From the IMG/VR virus record IMGVR_UViG_3300044878_000143, positions 1 to 44,253 of that record: a DNA stretch of 44,253 bases. One strand, given 5' to 3'. This DNA comes from a virus (Duplodnaviria; Caudoviricetes). Below are positions 1 to 10,316 of the stretch, one piece after another (within the stretch, counting starts at the first letter, position 1; each line of letters opens with the position of its first letter). The notes under the pieces are model-generated. The model did no database searches, had not been told where the DNA came from, and worked only from the letters and a program-made list of their open reading frames with translations. Position numbers and translations under genes: made by a program.

Positions 1-361
1 AGGTCGCGCCGGGGTTCGGCATCTCGCCGTCGTCCAGGTACTTGCGGTGGGTGCGGATACGGCGCACCGGGCAGCCGATCAGGTCGTCCCCGTTGACCAC
101 CAGACTGAGGAACACGAGGCTCTCGGCAGCGATGCTGAGGGTCGGCCGGGGCGCTGTACCGGTGCCGTTCCAAGCGAAGCCGTCGGCCTTGATCGGCAGG
201 CGGCGGTAGATGTTGCCACCGAACTGCACTTCCCAGTCCTGACCATCGACCATCGGGGTGAAATACAGCACGGCATCGCCGTAGGCCCGCGCGTCGATCT
301 CGTACAAGAAGATCTGCGGGCCCCGGGTGAGTTGCTGCGCATCCGTTGCAATGAGGTCCAT
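1..361 (-). CDS. Minor tail (tip) protein, lambda gpL-like; truncated by window start
   Basis: Not in ORF track (no stop in window). ATG at 361 after AAGGA RBS reads MDLIATDAQQLTRGPQIFLYEID...LPIKADGFAWNGTGTAPRPTLSI...DLIGCPVRRIRTHRKYLD, a gpL-like pattern; follows the gpM-like gene. Confidence 0.85.
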   Translation of the reverse strand, partial: MDLIATDAQQLTRGPQIFLYEIDARAYGDAVLYFTPMVDGQDWEVQFGGNIYRRLPIKADGFAWNGTGTAPRPTLSIAAESLVFLSLVVNGDDLIGCPVRRIRTHRKYLDDGEMPNPGAT

Positions 362-371
362 GAGTCAATCC

Positions 372-734
372 TTAACCCGGGTTGAAATCCTGACGGAAGG
401 AAACTTCCAGCGCACAGTTGTCCCATTCATCCCATGTCAGCGACAGGGACTCAGGGATCACCTTGTACACCACGTCAGTGATGGGGTGGTGCCACAGCAC
501 GCTTTCCAGCTTGAGCTTGGGTTTCAGGTAGTCGTAGCACTGCTGGCCCACGTCCGGATCGAGGTTCGGCCACTTCGGCGACAGCGACTCACGCACGGAG
601 TTGAGGCCGACAGCCTCCCGCACTTCGTAACCGTCGCCAAGATTCTGGACGTCCACGTTGGCGTCGGCGGACTGGCTGAACCCCCAGTCGGGAGCCGGCA
701 TCGTCACGCCCGGCGGTGGAAACGTACCTGCCAT
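372..734 (-). CDS. Minor tail / distal tail protein, lambda gpM-like
   Basis: 120 aa with LGDGYE...GLN and terminal SFRQDF motifs; directly after tape measure. Confidence 0.85.
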   Translation of the reverse strand: MAGTFPPPGVTMPAPDWGFSQSADANVDVQNLGDGYEVREAVGLNSVRESLSPKWPNLDPDVGQQCYDYLKPKLKLESVLWHHPITDVVYKVIPESLSLTWDEWDNCALEVSFRQDFNPG

Positions 735-735
735 A

Positions 736-3700
736 TCAAGTTCCTTTTGTCGATCTCAGCCAGTTATCCAGCATCCCTTGCGGGCGGATCATATCCTTCA
801 ACGTGTCCACGGTGACCATTTTCACAGCGTCCAGAATCTGGCGGCTCTCTCCAGCGCCGCCTGAGCCAGCCCCAGCAGGTAGCTGAATGACCGGTGCCAG
901 AGTGATCTGGTAGACCGGGTTGCTGTCTCCGCCGCCTTGGTTGAGCTTCGACGCGCTGTTGCCACGGCCAGTGACGTGCACCGGGCCAGAGACCAGTTCA
1001 GGGCCGTACTCACCTACGATGCCGGTGCGGTTGTACGGGATGTAGCCGCCGGTGTCGTACATGGTGGTGCCACCACTGCCACTGCTCTTGGTGCTGTTAC
1101 CCCCTCCACCCGACAGCTGACCGATTGCCAGTCCGGCTACCAGGCCGGCGTTGGCATAGCCGGTCGCGGTGATGAACGTGGCCAGCGGGATACCCATGAC
1201 CTTCATCGGGTCACCCGGGATGGTCATCGCCTGAGCCGCTGCCAAGTGGGTGTACATGAGGATCTGCGCCACCGTGATCGCCTTCTGCGCAGCGAACGCT
1301 ATCTTCTGCGCGGTCGAAGCATCGTCAGCGGCGCTGGCGAACATCCCCAGTACGTTGGAGACCGAGCCCATCGCAGCCATCAAGGCCATGGTGCTCATCT
1401 GCTCGGTGTACTTGGTCTGTTCGGCTGTGATCACCGCTTGCGCATCCCCGGCGGTCTTGATCAGCCCTTCCTTGTCCGTCTGGTACTTCTTGTTGATCTC
1501 CAGCAGCTTGCGGGTGTGTTCCTGCTCCATCCCCTGCTCGATCAACTTGCGATCGTTGAGGGCCTGCAGCTGCCGGTTGAAGTCGTCTTCGATGCCGGCG
1601 CCCGCGTCGACCTGCTCGTTCTTCGACTTCTTCATGGCCTTGTCGAATTGCTCAAGGCCTTTGGCACGTTCCAGCTCGGTCGACACCCAGTCGGTGAACG
1701 GCGAGTCGGAAGCGTTACCGACGTTGAGGTTCGCCTGCGGCAGCGAGGCTTTCAGGTCCTCCTTCTGCTTCTCGCTGATCCGGGTGGTGATGCGCGCGTA
1801 CTCTTCAAGGCTGACCTTGCCGTCTTCGAGGTTGCGGTTGAGCACCGCCAAGTCTGAAGCCGTCTGCGAGAACGGGCTGGTGTTGAAGGACTCCCGCACC
1901 TTGTTCATCGCCGCAGCGTTCAGATCCAGTGCGCGGACCGACTCGGCATACTGCAGGTTCAGCTCGCCGGTGGCCTTGGCCTGCTGCTCGGCGGTGATCG
2001 CGCCCTTGCTGCGCAGCAGGGCCATGGCCTTGGTGCCTTTCTCCAGCTCGCGCTGGGCATAAGACACCGAGTCGAACTTCTTGGCCAGGGTGTCATAGGC
2101 GCTCTGCGCAGCCTTCAGCTCGCGCTCTTCCTCCGACGCCCCCTTGTTTTTGGTGCGGTCATCCTTGTTGGCTTTTTTCTCCAGCGAGGATTCGAGCTGC
2201 TTGATCTCCTGCTTGATCTTCAGCTCCCGCTGAGCAATCTTCAGGCCGGCTTCCTGTTCCAGAGCCTCGGAGCCGTAGGTGACCTTGCCCTTCGAAGCCT
2301 CCAGTTCAGCCAGCGCCTGCTTGGCTTTTGCCAGGCGTTGATCGTCCGTCTTACCGAAGTCTTCCAGCGCCTCCTTGGCTTCCGTGTACGCGGCGGCGGT
2401 GCCTTTGACTTCTTGCTTCAGGTCGAACTCTTTCTTCATCAGCCCGGTGAGTTCTTTGTTCCGTCGCTCGACGACGTCGCCCTGCCCCAGCTTGACCGCC
2501 CTGTCCAGTTCCTCTTGGACGGTGACCATCTCGTTCTGGACGCTGAGCAGCTTCTGCGCGTTGCTGGCAGTCTTCTCGTAGCTGTACGCCGAGATGGTGT
2601 TCATCTGCTCGTTGCGCAGCCGGGTCATCAGGCCAATGGCCTCACCTGCCTGTTTCGCCGCGATGTCACTCTGCTCGGTAGCCACGACCAGCGAGCCTTT
2701 GAACGCATCCACCGCGGCTTGCGCGGCACGCCAGGCATCCAGCTGGCGGAGGCGCATCTTGCCTTCAGCGTCGTCGTAAGCCTGCTTGGCGGCGGCGGCG
2801 GTGGTCTCCAGCTCAGCCAGTGCCCGGGCGCGGTCCAGATCGGTTTCCACCAACCGGAGCTTCTTGCCCGGGTCTTCCATCTTGGCCAGCTCAGCGCCAG
2901 CATCCTGAATCGCCCTGCCCGCGCGCGCTGCTGCGTCTTCCACATCCCACAGCTCGTCCTTCAACGACTGTGGTACTGCCAGGCCTGCGTTCGTGTAGGT
3001 GTCGATCGCGCCTTCCACTTGGTAGCGGCGCTCGTTGATCTTGCCCAGCTTGGCCAGCTCAGAATCCTGCTGGTGCACCATTGCCGCGCGTTCACGGGCA
3101 GCGGCCGTGGCGTCGATTGCCTTCTTGAGGTCGGTGTACTCGTTCTTCAGCCCTTCGACCCCGGCCTTCTGCTCGAGGATTTTCGCCGTGCTGTCCTGTC
3201 CGAACGCGGCGTAGATCGCCGAGCCGATGCCGTAGATGATCCCGACCCAGCCCAGTGCTCGCATGAGGACGCTGGCCGCAGTAGCCAGCATGCTGATGCC
3301 GCGTGCGCCGACCACCGCCATCGTGCCCAGCAGACCGACCTGGGTGTACAGCGACCTGACCGCGATGGCGTTGGACACCAGCGTGGCCCGCATCGCGGTC
3401 AGCGACCCGGTCATGGTCAGGCTGCCTCGGGAGCCGTCAGCGAAACCCAAGGCCAAGACTTTCAGGTTCAGTGCGGCGGCCTTGGCATCCATGGCGATCG
3501 CAGACAGCCCAGCGGCGGCAGCGCCGGTCATCTTGAACGCCATGACCCCGCCCATGGCGTAGGCCAGACCTTCGGCGGCCTCCTTACCGTGCTGCAGCAT
3601 CAGATCCAGTTCGGAGAACGTCGCGGTGACGTTGCCGTACTCGTCCTTGATTTCCTTGGCCGGTTTGGTCAGTTCAATCAGGTACAGCGACAGCTTGGCC

Positions 3701-6021
3701 GTCGCGGTACGCAGCTGGTATTCGTGGGCGTCGAACAGCTGTAGTTGGGCTTCTTCGAACGCCGAGATGACCTGCTTCCAGTCGAACTTCAGACTGTTTT
3801 CCATCTTGCGGCGCATTTCTTCGGCGGCGCCCGAGGTGTCCTCCAGCTGGCGGCGCAGGTGTTCGAGGTTACCGCCGTCACCTGCCTGGCCTACCAATGC
3901 CGCCACGGGCGAGGTCGCGTACAGGCCGACCAAGTTCTGGATCGCGCTGAGACGCTCGCCTTCGCCCACGCCCTTCAGCGCGTTGTTCAACTGGCCGAGG
4001 ATGTCGGTCAGGCTGCGGGTCTTGCCCTCCATATCGCGCACGGAGATCCCGTACTGATCCATCATCTGCTGACCTTTCTTGGTCGGGTTCAGCAGGGAGA
4101 CGAACAGTTTGCGCAGGCCTGTACCGGCGCGGGAGGCCTTGATACCGGTGTTCGACAGCGCCTCAATGGCCGCCGTGGTGTCCTTCATCGAGATGCCGGC
4201 GGTGTGCGCGGCCGGACCGGCGTAGGTCAAGGCGTTGGCCAGCTGCTCGACGTTGGTGTTGGATTGGCTGGCAGCGGTGGCCATCAGGTCGACAATGCCA
4301 GTCAGGTCCTTGGCCTGCATACCGAACGTCATCATCACGTTGGTCGCCATGTCGGCCGACTGCGCCATGGTAATGCCGCCGATCATCGCGAGGTTCAGTG
4401 CTGGCTTCAGGGCCATGATCGAGTCGGCGGACGACAGACCGGCCTGACCGAGTTCTACCAGGCCCAGCGCCACTTCACTGGCGGTGTACATGGTCGACTG
4501 GCCCAGTGCGCGGACCTGCATCTCCATGGCGCCCATGTCGGACGGCATCCAGCTTTGCAGCCCGGTCGACATGATCGCGTCGGCCTTGGCCATCGACGCG
4601 GTGAACTCGGAGCCCAGCTCTACCGTGCTGCGCAGCGCCCGCGCCAGTGCGTAGGTGGCCGCAGCGGCGAGGATGGTGCCGCTGGTGTACATACCGATGT
4701 TGGCTTGCAGCCCGCCCAGCGAGGCGCGCAGCATCGCCGCCGCCTGCGAGCCGACAATGTTGGAGTCGCTGACCTTGTTCTGCGCCCGGCCGAAGCCCAG
4801 CAGCTGCAGGGTCGACATCGACAGAATGCGGTTGTACTTCTCTTGGTCACTGATCTGCTGCTTGAGCCGGGTGATTTCCAAGCCGCGCGCGCTGCTCACC
4901 AACGACATCTGCTGCTGCAGTTTCAACAGCACAGCTTGCTCGCGAGCCAAGGCCTTGGCCTGCTCGTCCACCACGGTCTTTTCTTTGACCGTCTCAGCGA
5001 TCGCCGCCTTGCGCTGGGCGATGATCGCCTTGAGCTTGGTGATCTCTTCCTGCAGGCCACCGTTCAAGCTGGCGTGCTGGCGCTTGAGCTTCTCGATCTC
5101 GGCTTCTTCACGGAGGACTTCCGTGATGGTCTGCTTGCGGCTGGTGTTCAGCGAGCGCAGCCGTGCGATCTCTTCCTGCAGCCCGCCATTGAGGCTGGCG
5201 TGCTCGCGCTTCAGACGCTCGATCTCGGTGATCTCGCGACCGGTCTCGGTGATCTCAGCCTGCTTGGCGCTGATCAGCTGCTTGATCTTGGCGATCTGTT
5301 CCTGCTGGCCACCTTCCAGACTCTTCAGCGTGCGCTCCAGCGTGTGCAGCTGGTCGTTCAGGCGAAACTCTTCGGTGATCTGCTGACGCCTGGCATTGAT
5401 GTACGCCTGCGTCATGACGTTGGACTTGCCCTGACCCGACGTCATACCGGCCAGAGTCAGCACCAGGTTGTCGCCGGTGTTGCGCAGCCGCTGCTCAACC
5501 GTAGCCAAGTTCTGCTTGTGGGTCAGGTTGACCTTGAGGTTGGCGTTGGACTTGCCCAGTTCGGTGGACATGGCCCCGATCTGCTGGCGCAGATAACCGT
5601 TCTCGCCCGCCAGCTTGGTGGTGAGTGTCGTGGCCTTCTGTTGCCACTGGACATAGGTGTTTTTGGATGCCGTGTCGTTGAGCATGGTGCGCAGGGCATT
5701 CATCTCACCGTTGTAGGCTGCTGCGGCGGCGGTAGCCTTGACGTTCTCCGCAGCCATCTTCTGGAACAGGGAGGCGACATGGCCTTCGGCGTCGGCCAGT
5801 GCTTTGCCTATCTTCTCGCTATCGGCACCGGCCTTGACGGCGGCAGTGCTGATGCTTTCGATGGAGGTCCGCATCTTGGTGAAGACTTCCTTCGACACCG
5901 ATCCGGTGGTTCCGAAAGCCTTCTCCATGTTGTCGAGCTGGTCGCCGACGTTCTTCAGGCGAAGATTGAACTCGCCCAGTTGGCGCATGGAGCCGGTAAA
6001 ATCCACGTCAAACTGAGCCAT
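736..6021 (-). CDS. Tail tape measure protein
   Basis: 1761 aa, Ala/Leu-rich and helical, with a TP901-type TMP core (STMYTASEVA...LSNTGIKASRAGTGLR); after tail chaperones. Confidence 0.95.
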   Translation of the reverse strand: MAQFDVDFTGSMRQLGEFNLRLKNVGDQLDNMEKAFGTTGSVSKEVFTKMRTSIESISTAAVKAGADSEKIGKALADAEGHVASLFQKMAAENVKATAAAAAYNGEMNALRTMLNDTASKNTYVQWQQKATTLTTKLAGENGYLRQQIGAMSTELGKSNANLKVNLTHKQNLATVEQRLRNTGDNLVLTLAGMTSGQGKSNVMTQAYINARRQQITEEFRLNDQLHTLERTLKSLEGGQQEQIAKIKQLISAKQAEITETGREITEIERLKREHASLNGGLQEEIARLRSLNTSRKQTITEVLREEAEIEKLKRQHASLNGGLQEEITKLKAIIAQRKAAIAETVKEKTVVDEQAKALAREQAVLLKLQQQMSLVSSARGLEITRLKQQISDQEKYNRILSMSTLQLLGFGRAQNKVSDSNIVGSQAAAMLRASLGGLQANIGMYTSGTILAAAATYALARALRSTVELGSEFTASMAKADAIMSTGLQSWMPSDMGAMEMQVRALGQSTMYTASEVALGLVELGQAGLSSADSIMALKPALNLAMIGGITMAQSADMATNVMMTFGMQAKDLTGIVDLMATAASQSNTNVEQLANALTYAGPAAHTAGISMKDTTAAIEALSNTGIKASRAGTGLRKLFVSLLNPTKKGQQMMDQYGISVRDMEGKTRSLTDILGQLNNALKGVGEGERLSAIQNLVGLYATSPVAALVGQAGDGGNLEHLRRQLEDTSGAAEEMRRKMENSLKFDWKQVISAFEEAQLQLFDAHEYQLRTATAKLSLYLIELTKPAKEIKDEYGNVTATFSELDLMLQHGKEAAEGLAYAMGGVMAFKMTGAAAAGLSAIAMDAKAAALNLKVLALGFADGSRGSLTMTGSLTAMRATLVSNAIAVRSLYTQVGLLGTMAVVGARGISMLATAASVLMRALGWVGIIYGIGSAIYAAFGQDSTAKILEQKAGVEGLKNEYTDLKKAIDATAAARERAAMVHQQDSELAKLGKINERRYQVEGAIDTYTNAGLAVPQSLKDELWDVEDAAARAGRAIQDAGAELAKMEDPGKKLRLVETDLDRARALAELETTAAAAKQAYDDAEGKMRLRQLDAWRAAQAAVDAFKGSLVVATEQSDIAAKQAGEAIGLMTRLRNEQMNTISAYSYEKTASNAQKLLSVQNEMVTVQEELDRAVKLGQGDVVERRNKELTGLMKKEFDLKQEVKGTAAAYTEAKEALEDFGKTDDQRLAKAKQALAELEASKGKVTYGSEALEQEAGLKIAQRELKIKQEIKQLESSLEKKANKDDRTKNKGASEEERELKAAQSAYDTLAKKFDSVSYAQRELEKGTKAMALLRSKGAITAEQQAKATGELNLQYAESVRALDLNAAAMNKVRESFNTSPFSQTASDLAVLNRNLEDGKVSLEEYARITTRISEKQKEDLKASLPQANLNVGNASDSPFTDWVSTELERAKGLEQFDKAMKKSKNEQVDAGAGIEDDFNRQLQALNDRKLIEQGMEQEHTRKLLEINKKYQTDKEGLIKTAGDAQAVITAEQTKYTEQMSTMALMAAMGSVSNVLGMFASAADDASTAQKIAFAAQKAITVAQILMYTHLAAAQAMTIPGDPMKVMGIPLATFITATGYANAGLVAGLAIGQLSGGGGNSTKSSGSGGTTMYDTGGYIPYNRTGIVGEYGPELVSGPVHVTGRGNSASKLNQGGGDSNPVYQITLAPVIQLPAGAGSGGAGESRQILDAVKMVTVDTLKDMIRPQGMLDNWLRSTKGT
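4980..5360 (-). repeat. Three 126-nt (42-aa) tandem repeats within the tape measure gene
   Basis: GATCT(C/G)TTCCTGC recurs at 5041, 5167 and 5293; protein unit SL(N/E)GG(L/Q)QE(E/Q)I. Boundaries approximate. Confidence 0.8.
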
Positions 6022-6024
6022 TTG

Positions 6025-6420
6025 TCATCCCTTTCGCCCGGCTTTGGGCATCCTGTTTCGTTTGGACTTACCCTCTGCATCCTCTGCTGGGGGTTCGGTC
6101 TTCTTGAAGTGATCATACAGGATGGCGTTATCAGTTTCTTCCATTGTCAAGTAATACAAGGAGAACTGTGACGGGACCAGCTTTAGTACCCTTTCGCCGT
6201 AGTCAGCCATTTCCTGATAGGACAGCGGCTGGTATCCGTGCTGACCGAATTGACGGCGTCGGTGCAGCCGGAAAAATGCGGTTGCCAGCCACCGGTACGG
6301 CGGAAGGGGCTCTGCAAAAGACTCCAGTTTCGGATGCTTTTTACCAAACCTTTTCTCCAAGGCTCGGAATGCAGCCAGCCCCTTCTCCCCGTAGGTGATC
6401 AGGAAACGGCAGAACTCTTT
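6025..6420 (-). CDS. Tail assembly chaperone C-terminal (gpT-like) segment, reached by -1 frameshift
   Basis: The -1 frame is open from the CGTAAAG site (6417-6423) through KEFCRFLITYGEKGLAAFRALEKRFGKK... to the stop at 6025; classic G/GT position. Confidence 0.75.
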   Translation of the reverse strand, partial: KEFCRFLITYGEKGLAAFRALEKRFGKKHPKLESFAEPLPPYRWLATAFFRLHRRRQFGQHGYQPLSYQEMADYGERVLKLVPSQFSLYYLTMEETDNAILYDHFKKTEPPAEDAEGKSKRNRMPKAGRKG

Positions 6421-6824
6421 ACGTCATTGGCCACTTCAGCTTCCACCGCAGCCTGGTAGTTGCCGTGGTTCAGACTGAACTGTTCGAGGAAGGTGGACAG
6501 CTCGGCCTGGCGTGGATCGCTCAGAATACGGAAGCCGACTTCCGGGGTGTACTCGAGCTTTTTGCCATTCTCGGTGATGCCTTCCCAGTCCTTGAGGACG
6601 GTGTCGGCAAAGGCGCGCTGGTAGATCTCCAAGACTTTCTTGGTGCTGACCTCCGCGTTGTCCTTGTCCTTGATGACAGCGAGGTTTTCGTTGTACAGCT
6701 GGCCGAGACGGGCGTTGTACTCGTGGCCCCGGCGAGCCAGCAGGAAGCGCCCCCCGAGGAAGTCTGCCCAGACCCCCTCTTGGGACAAAGTTGGGTCAAC
6801 TGCGATCGAAGTGAGTTCAAGCAT
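6399..6824 (-). CDS. Tail assembly chaperone (gpG-like)
   Basis: 141 aa with VLKDWEGI motif, AAGGA RBS; between tail tube and tape measure genes. Confidence 0.85.
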   Translation of the reverse strand: MLELTSIAVDPTLSQEGVWADFLGGRFLLARRGHEYNARLGQLYNENLAVIKDKDNAEVSTKKVLEIYQRAFADTVLKDWEGITENGKKLEYTPEVGFRILSDPRQAELSTFLEQFSLNHGNYQAAVEAEVANDVKSSAVS

Positions 6825-6852
6825 GGTCGTCGTCCTTGGGTTTTTCGTGTTT

Positions 6853-6893
6853 AAAAACTAAGAAGGCGCCACTCTAACAAGAGTCGCGCCTTC
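6853..6893 (-). terminator. Probable intrinsic terminator after the major tail gene
   Basis: Minus strand GAAGGCGCGACTCT-TGTT-AGAGTGGCGCCTTC hairpin followed by TTAGTTTTT. Confidence 0.65.
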
Positions 6894-6909
6894 GGTCACT
6901 AGCGAGTTA

Positions 6910-7959
6910 TCACGGTGTTGGGACGTAAGTAATCGCCAGAACACACGGGACATCGACGTTGGTGCCGATGGTCAACTTGCCAGCTTCAGCGGTCAGGGTC
7001 ATCGCCGACTTGTAGTCAGCGTTTTCGCCTTCGGCGTTGTTGGTTGGCGCCTGTGCCATCAGGTTAGGAGCCTGAATGGTGAAGGTGCCTTCAGCGGTGG
7101 AGATGGTGGTCTTCAGCTTCACACGCTTGTTGTTCATGTGCGTGCTGAGGATGGTCTGGTCGAAGTAGTAGATCTCGCCAGAGAAGGTCACCGCGACCTT
7201 GCCCACACCGATACCGGCCGCGAACTGGTGACCCAGGCCCGACTGCTCACGGGCGTTGTTCTGGATCTGCATGGAGGCATCGCTCCAAGTCACTTCCAGC
7301 AGGTCGTCGTTCTCGTCGCGGATCTCGATGTTGCCGAGGTTGTTCGAGCTGTCAGCGATCTCGTAGTTGGCCGGTACATCCTTACTGATCGCCACCGAGC
7401 CGCCGAGACCGTCGACGCCGGCCAGCGAGTTGCCATAGTCAGCGTTGGCCGACATGGTGTTGCACGCCAGAGTCATCAGGTCGCCGTCGCTGAACTTCAG
7501 CGTGGCGTCGTTCATGATGGTGCCGAAGTACCATTCGTGGTCGAGACGGTCACCAGCACCCGGGCCTTGACGCACGGTCTTCTCGACGACCATGTACTGC
7601 TTCAGCTCGCCGTCGGTGATGAACTTGCCGAGAGACGGGTTGGCGTCGTCCACGTTCTTCCAGGTGTTCAGCATGAGCAGCTGCAACAGGTCGAGAACGA
7701 ACGGGGTGGCACCGAACTCCACGGTGACCGCGCCGTTGGCGCTACCCTTGGTGTTCTTCGAGCCGGAGGTGCGACGGTCACCGCGAATGGCAGTGGAAGT
7801 CTTCGACTCCTTCTGCATCGCGAAACCTTCGGTGGTGTAGGGCAACAGTTTCATCGCTACCCGGCTGGCGCCGATGAAATCTGCCTTGCTGTCTTTGTCG
7901 CTGATGGCGTATGCCACAGCCACCGAGGACGAGTCGTTAAAACTTCTTACTTGTGGCAT
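6910..7959 (-). CDS. Major tail tube protein
   Basis: About 349 aa, beta-rich, tail-tube-like N-terminus (STAIRGDRR...ANGAVTVEF); ATG 7959 follows AAGGAG. Confidence 0.85.
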   Translation of the reverse strand: MPQVRSFNDSSSVAVAYAISDKDSKADFIGASRVAMKLLPYTTEGFAMQKESKTSTAIRGDRRTSGSKNTKGSANGAVTVEFGATPFVLDLLQLLMLNTWKNVDDANPSLGKFITDGELKQYMVVEKTVRQGPGAGDRLDHEWYFGTIMNDATLKFSDGDLMTLACNTMSANADYGNSLAGVDGLGGSVAISKDVPANYEIADSSNNLGNIEIRDENDDLLEVTWSDASMQIQNNAREQSGLGHQFAAGIGVGKVAVTFSGEIYYFDQTILSTHMNNKRVKLKTTISTAEGTFTIQAPNLMAQAPTNNAEGENADYKSAMTLTAEAGKLTIGTNVDVPCVLAITYVPTP

Positions 7960-7964
7960 AGCCG

Positions 7965-8417
7965 TCAACTCCTTTGAACGTAGATTTCAAACACCATGTT
8001 TGTTACACCACCGTAGGCGGTGAAGCCATGCAACGGGGTAGGCGGTACAGGTTCAAAGGTGCGGAACCGGATACCGTTAATGGTCTGGTCCTGAAACCAG
8101 TCCGCTACTGCTTCGACCTTGCGGCCGTACTTTACCTTGTCCCGAGGGGATTTAGTAAACAAGGTAATGTCCAGACTGGCCTGCACGCTGCGCGGAGCCA
8201 CCTGTGACGGGCCGGCGCGGCTGGTGCGGTCGATGTTCAGCTCGAACAGCCAGAAGTCCTGATCCTGTTCCAGCAACACCCCGGCGTCGTTCACGCTGAC
8301 GTCCAGGCCTTCTACGAAGTCATACCCGAACAGCATGTCGGGTGTCACCTTGGTCACCAGATAGTCGCGAAAGCGAACGTCCAGATCGGTGAGCGAGGCC
8401 AGCATAAAATCGGTCAT
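7965..8417 (-). CDS. Probable tail terminator / completion protein
   Basis: 150 aa immediately before the tail tube; synteny only. Confidence 0.6.
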   Translation of the reverse strand: MTDFMLASLTDLDVRFRDYLVTKVTPDMLFGYDFVEGLDVSVNDAGVLLEQDQDFWLFELNIDRTSRAGPSQVAPRSVQASLDITLFTKSPRDKVKYGRKVEAVADWFQDQTINGIRFRTFEPVPPTPLHGFTAYGGVTNMVFEIYVQRS

Positions 8418-8923
8418 CGGTAGCGCTTCCTTACCTGGCCTGCAGCGATTGCATTCTGGAACTGGCGGGCGACTTCTTGCACCGCGGCCTCGGCGGCGGC
8501 GTCGATCTCGGCGTTCTGGCCGTACTCGCTGTTCGGCTCGATGGCGTTGTAGAAGTAGAAGATGGTCTCAGGGCTGCGCCCTACGACGAACATGTCCACC
8601 ACTTGGCGCAGCTCGCGGTCGCGCACGAATCGCTCCGTGGCAATCTGGTTAATACCGTAGCTGCGGCGCTTGCCCACCGGCGGCGTTGCCGGCCTGGTAG
8701 ACGTAGCTCGCAGGTCGCGTAGCTTGCCCCATGTCCGTGACCCGGGCCGGCTGCGATTCTTGGACGCGATCAGCCAGTGGGCGGCGGCGTTGGACGAGTC
8801 GTGCTTGGTCGTGTGCACCGCCATGTTCAAGCCGGCCAGCAGCGCCCGACGGATCGAGCGGCTGAACAGCGCGCTCAGATCCAGAGTCAGTTGCTCGGCC
8901 TGCTTGGCGAACTTGCCCATCAC
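8414..8923 (-). CDS. Probable neck / tail completion protein
   Basis: Basic 169-aa protein with TKHDSSNAAAHW, resembling the TPVDTG...W neck motif; synteny. Confidence 0.6.
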   Translation of the reverse strand: MMGKFAKQAEQLTLDLSALFSRSIRRALLAGLNMAVHTTKHDSSNAAAHWLIASKNRSRPGSRTWGKLRDLRATSTRPATPPVGKRRSYGINQIATERFVRDRELRQVVDMFVVGRSPETIFYFYNAIEPNSEYGQNAEIDAAAEAAVQEVARQFQNAIAAGQVRKRYR

Positions 8924-9831
8924 ATCACCCTCAGCAGGTACTGCCGGTTGCCAGGCTGGCTCTCGACGGTCTTGACCTGCTTCTTGACCCCGTTCAGCGT
9001 GAGCCAGACGGCCTTGCCACGAATGTCCACCCCGAACGGCAGGTGGGCCTTCTCGAAGTACACGGTGCGGTAGGACTGGGTGTCAGTGACCCACAGGGCG
9101 GCGTCGACGGACTTCTCCATCACCCCGGTGACGTTGTAGCTGGTCTCGCCGCTTTCGTATTCATGGGTGGTGTTGTTCATGGTGCGCTTGCCGCCCACGG
9201 TCAACACGAAGTCGCTGCGGTAGTCCTGTTCGTGGTCGATGCGCAGGGCAAAGAACCCGGAGTCAGCGAATGTATCGAGCACGCGGTACTTCACGCCGTG
9301 CAAGGTGATGAAGTCCCACTCTTGCGGCTGCACATTCAGCGGCAGGTAGGCGTTGTAGCGCTCGATGCGCAGATCCGTGGTGCCGTTCTCCTCAGAACTG
9401 CTGAGGAACTCGGTGTCGATGTAGCTCTTGGCAAAGACCGTGTCGACGAGCCAGCCCGGGTTGTCCGGTGGCCCCTGCACGACCTTGCGCGTAATAGTTG
9501 CCAGACCAGCACTGCCGCCGGGTAGATCGGTTACCAGCTGCAGGATGGTCAAGGCGTTGTACTGTTCCCCACTGCGTGCATCGCGGCGCGTGCTGCCCAG
9601 CAGGTAGACATCGTGCGTGCCCGGGTGCCGGATAGTCAGACTGTCCGGAAATACCACCTCGGGCACGGTGAACATCATGCGACGACGGGTCGGCTTGTTG
9701 AAGTTGCTCAAGAAGCGATCGGTCAGGTCGATGCGGCCGAGGAAGGCGTCGGGCAGCCACGTTTCCGTGACCGGGTCCCACGCCTCCATCTTCTCGGTGA
9801 TGTACTTCCCTGCGATCTTTCTCAGCTTCAT
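8920..9831 (-). CDS. Virion structural protein (head closure-like)
   Basis: 303 aa, beta-rich, translationally coupled within the head-tail block. Confidence 0.55.
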   Translation of the reverse strand: MKLRKIAGKYITEKMEAWDPVTETWLPDAFLGRIDLTDRFLSNFNKPTRRRMMFTVPEVVFPDSLTIRHPGTHDVYLLGSTRRDARSGEQYNALTILQLVTDLPGGSAGLATITRKVVQGPPDNPGWLVDTVFAKSYIDTEFLSSSEENGTTDLRIERYNAYLPLNVQPQEWDFITLHGVKYRVLDTFADSGFFALRIDHEQDYRSDFVLTVGGKRTMNNTTHEYESGETSYNVTGVMEKSVDAALWVTDTQSYRTVYFEKAHLPFGVDIRGKAVWLTLNGVKKQVKTVESQPGNRQYLLRVM

Positions 9832-10313
9832 TGAGTGGCTGCCGCCCTTGGTTCGGTGATCGGGTCACGGTCTGGAACCACCCGCACAAACATCTGATAT
9901 GGCATCGCCGTTGGCGCCACCAGCTTCAGATCCTTGAGCAGGTCGCCCATGTGCTTGTTGGCCGTTTCCAGCAAGCGCTGGGACATCCACAGCCAGCCGT
10001 CCTTGTCGCTGCGCTGACCCTCGTTGGAACCGTCGGTGTCCTTCTTGAGGATGAACACCTGCGCCATCCTGGCCACGGTCCCGGCGCAGAAATACTTCGC
10101 CGCCAACTTCAACTTGCGCTGGCGCTCAACCGTGAACTCAGTGCCCGTGCCGTCGGCGATACCCGACCAGATGCCTGGCAGCGCCTCATCGAGCTGCGCG
10201 CCCAAGTCGTCGTCCAAGCCTTGCGCCTCGATCTTCTCGGCGTCGATGTCCGTGTCATCCACGGTCAGGACAGCGAGGATCTGTGCGGTACTGGTCAGGT
10301 CGAAGTACGGCAT
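9828..10313 (-). CDS. Probable head-tail adaptor
   Basis: 161 aa, helical, GGAG RBS; typical position after the capsid genes. Confidence 0.55.
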   Translation of the reverse strand: MPYFDLTSTAQILAVLTVDDTDIDAEKIEAQGLDDDLGAQLDEALPGIWSGIADGTGTEFTVERQRKLKLAAKYFCAGTVARMAQVFILKKDTDGSNEGQRSDKDGWLWMSQRLLETANKHMGDLLKDLKLVAPTAMPYQMFVRVVPDRDPITEPRAAATQ

Positions 10314-10316
10314 GCC

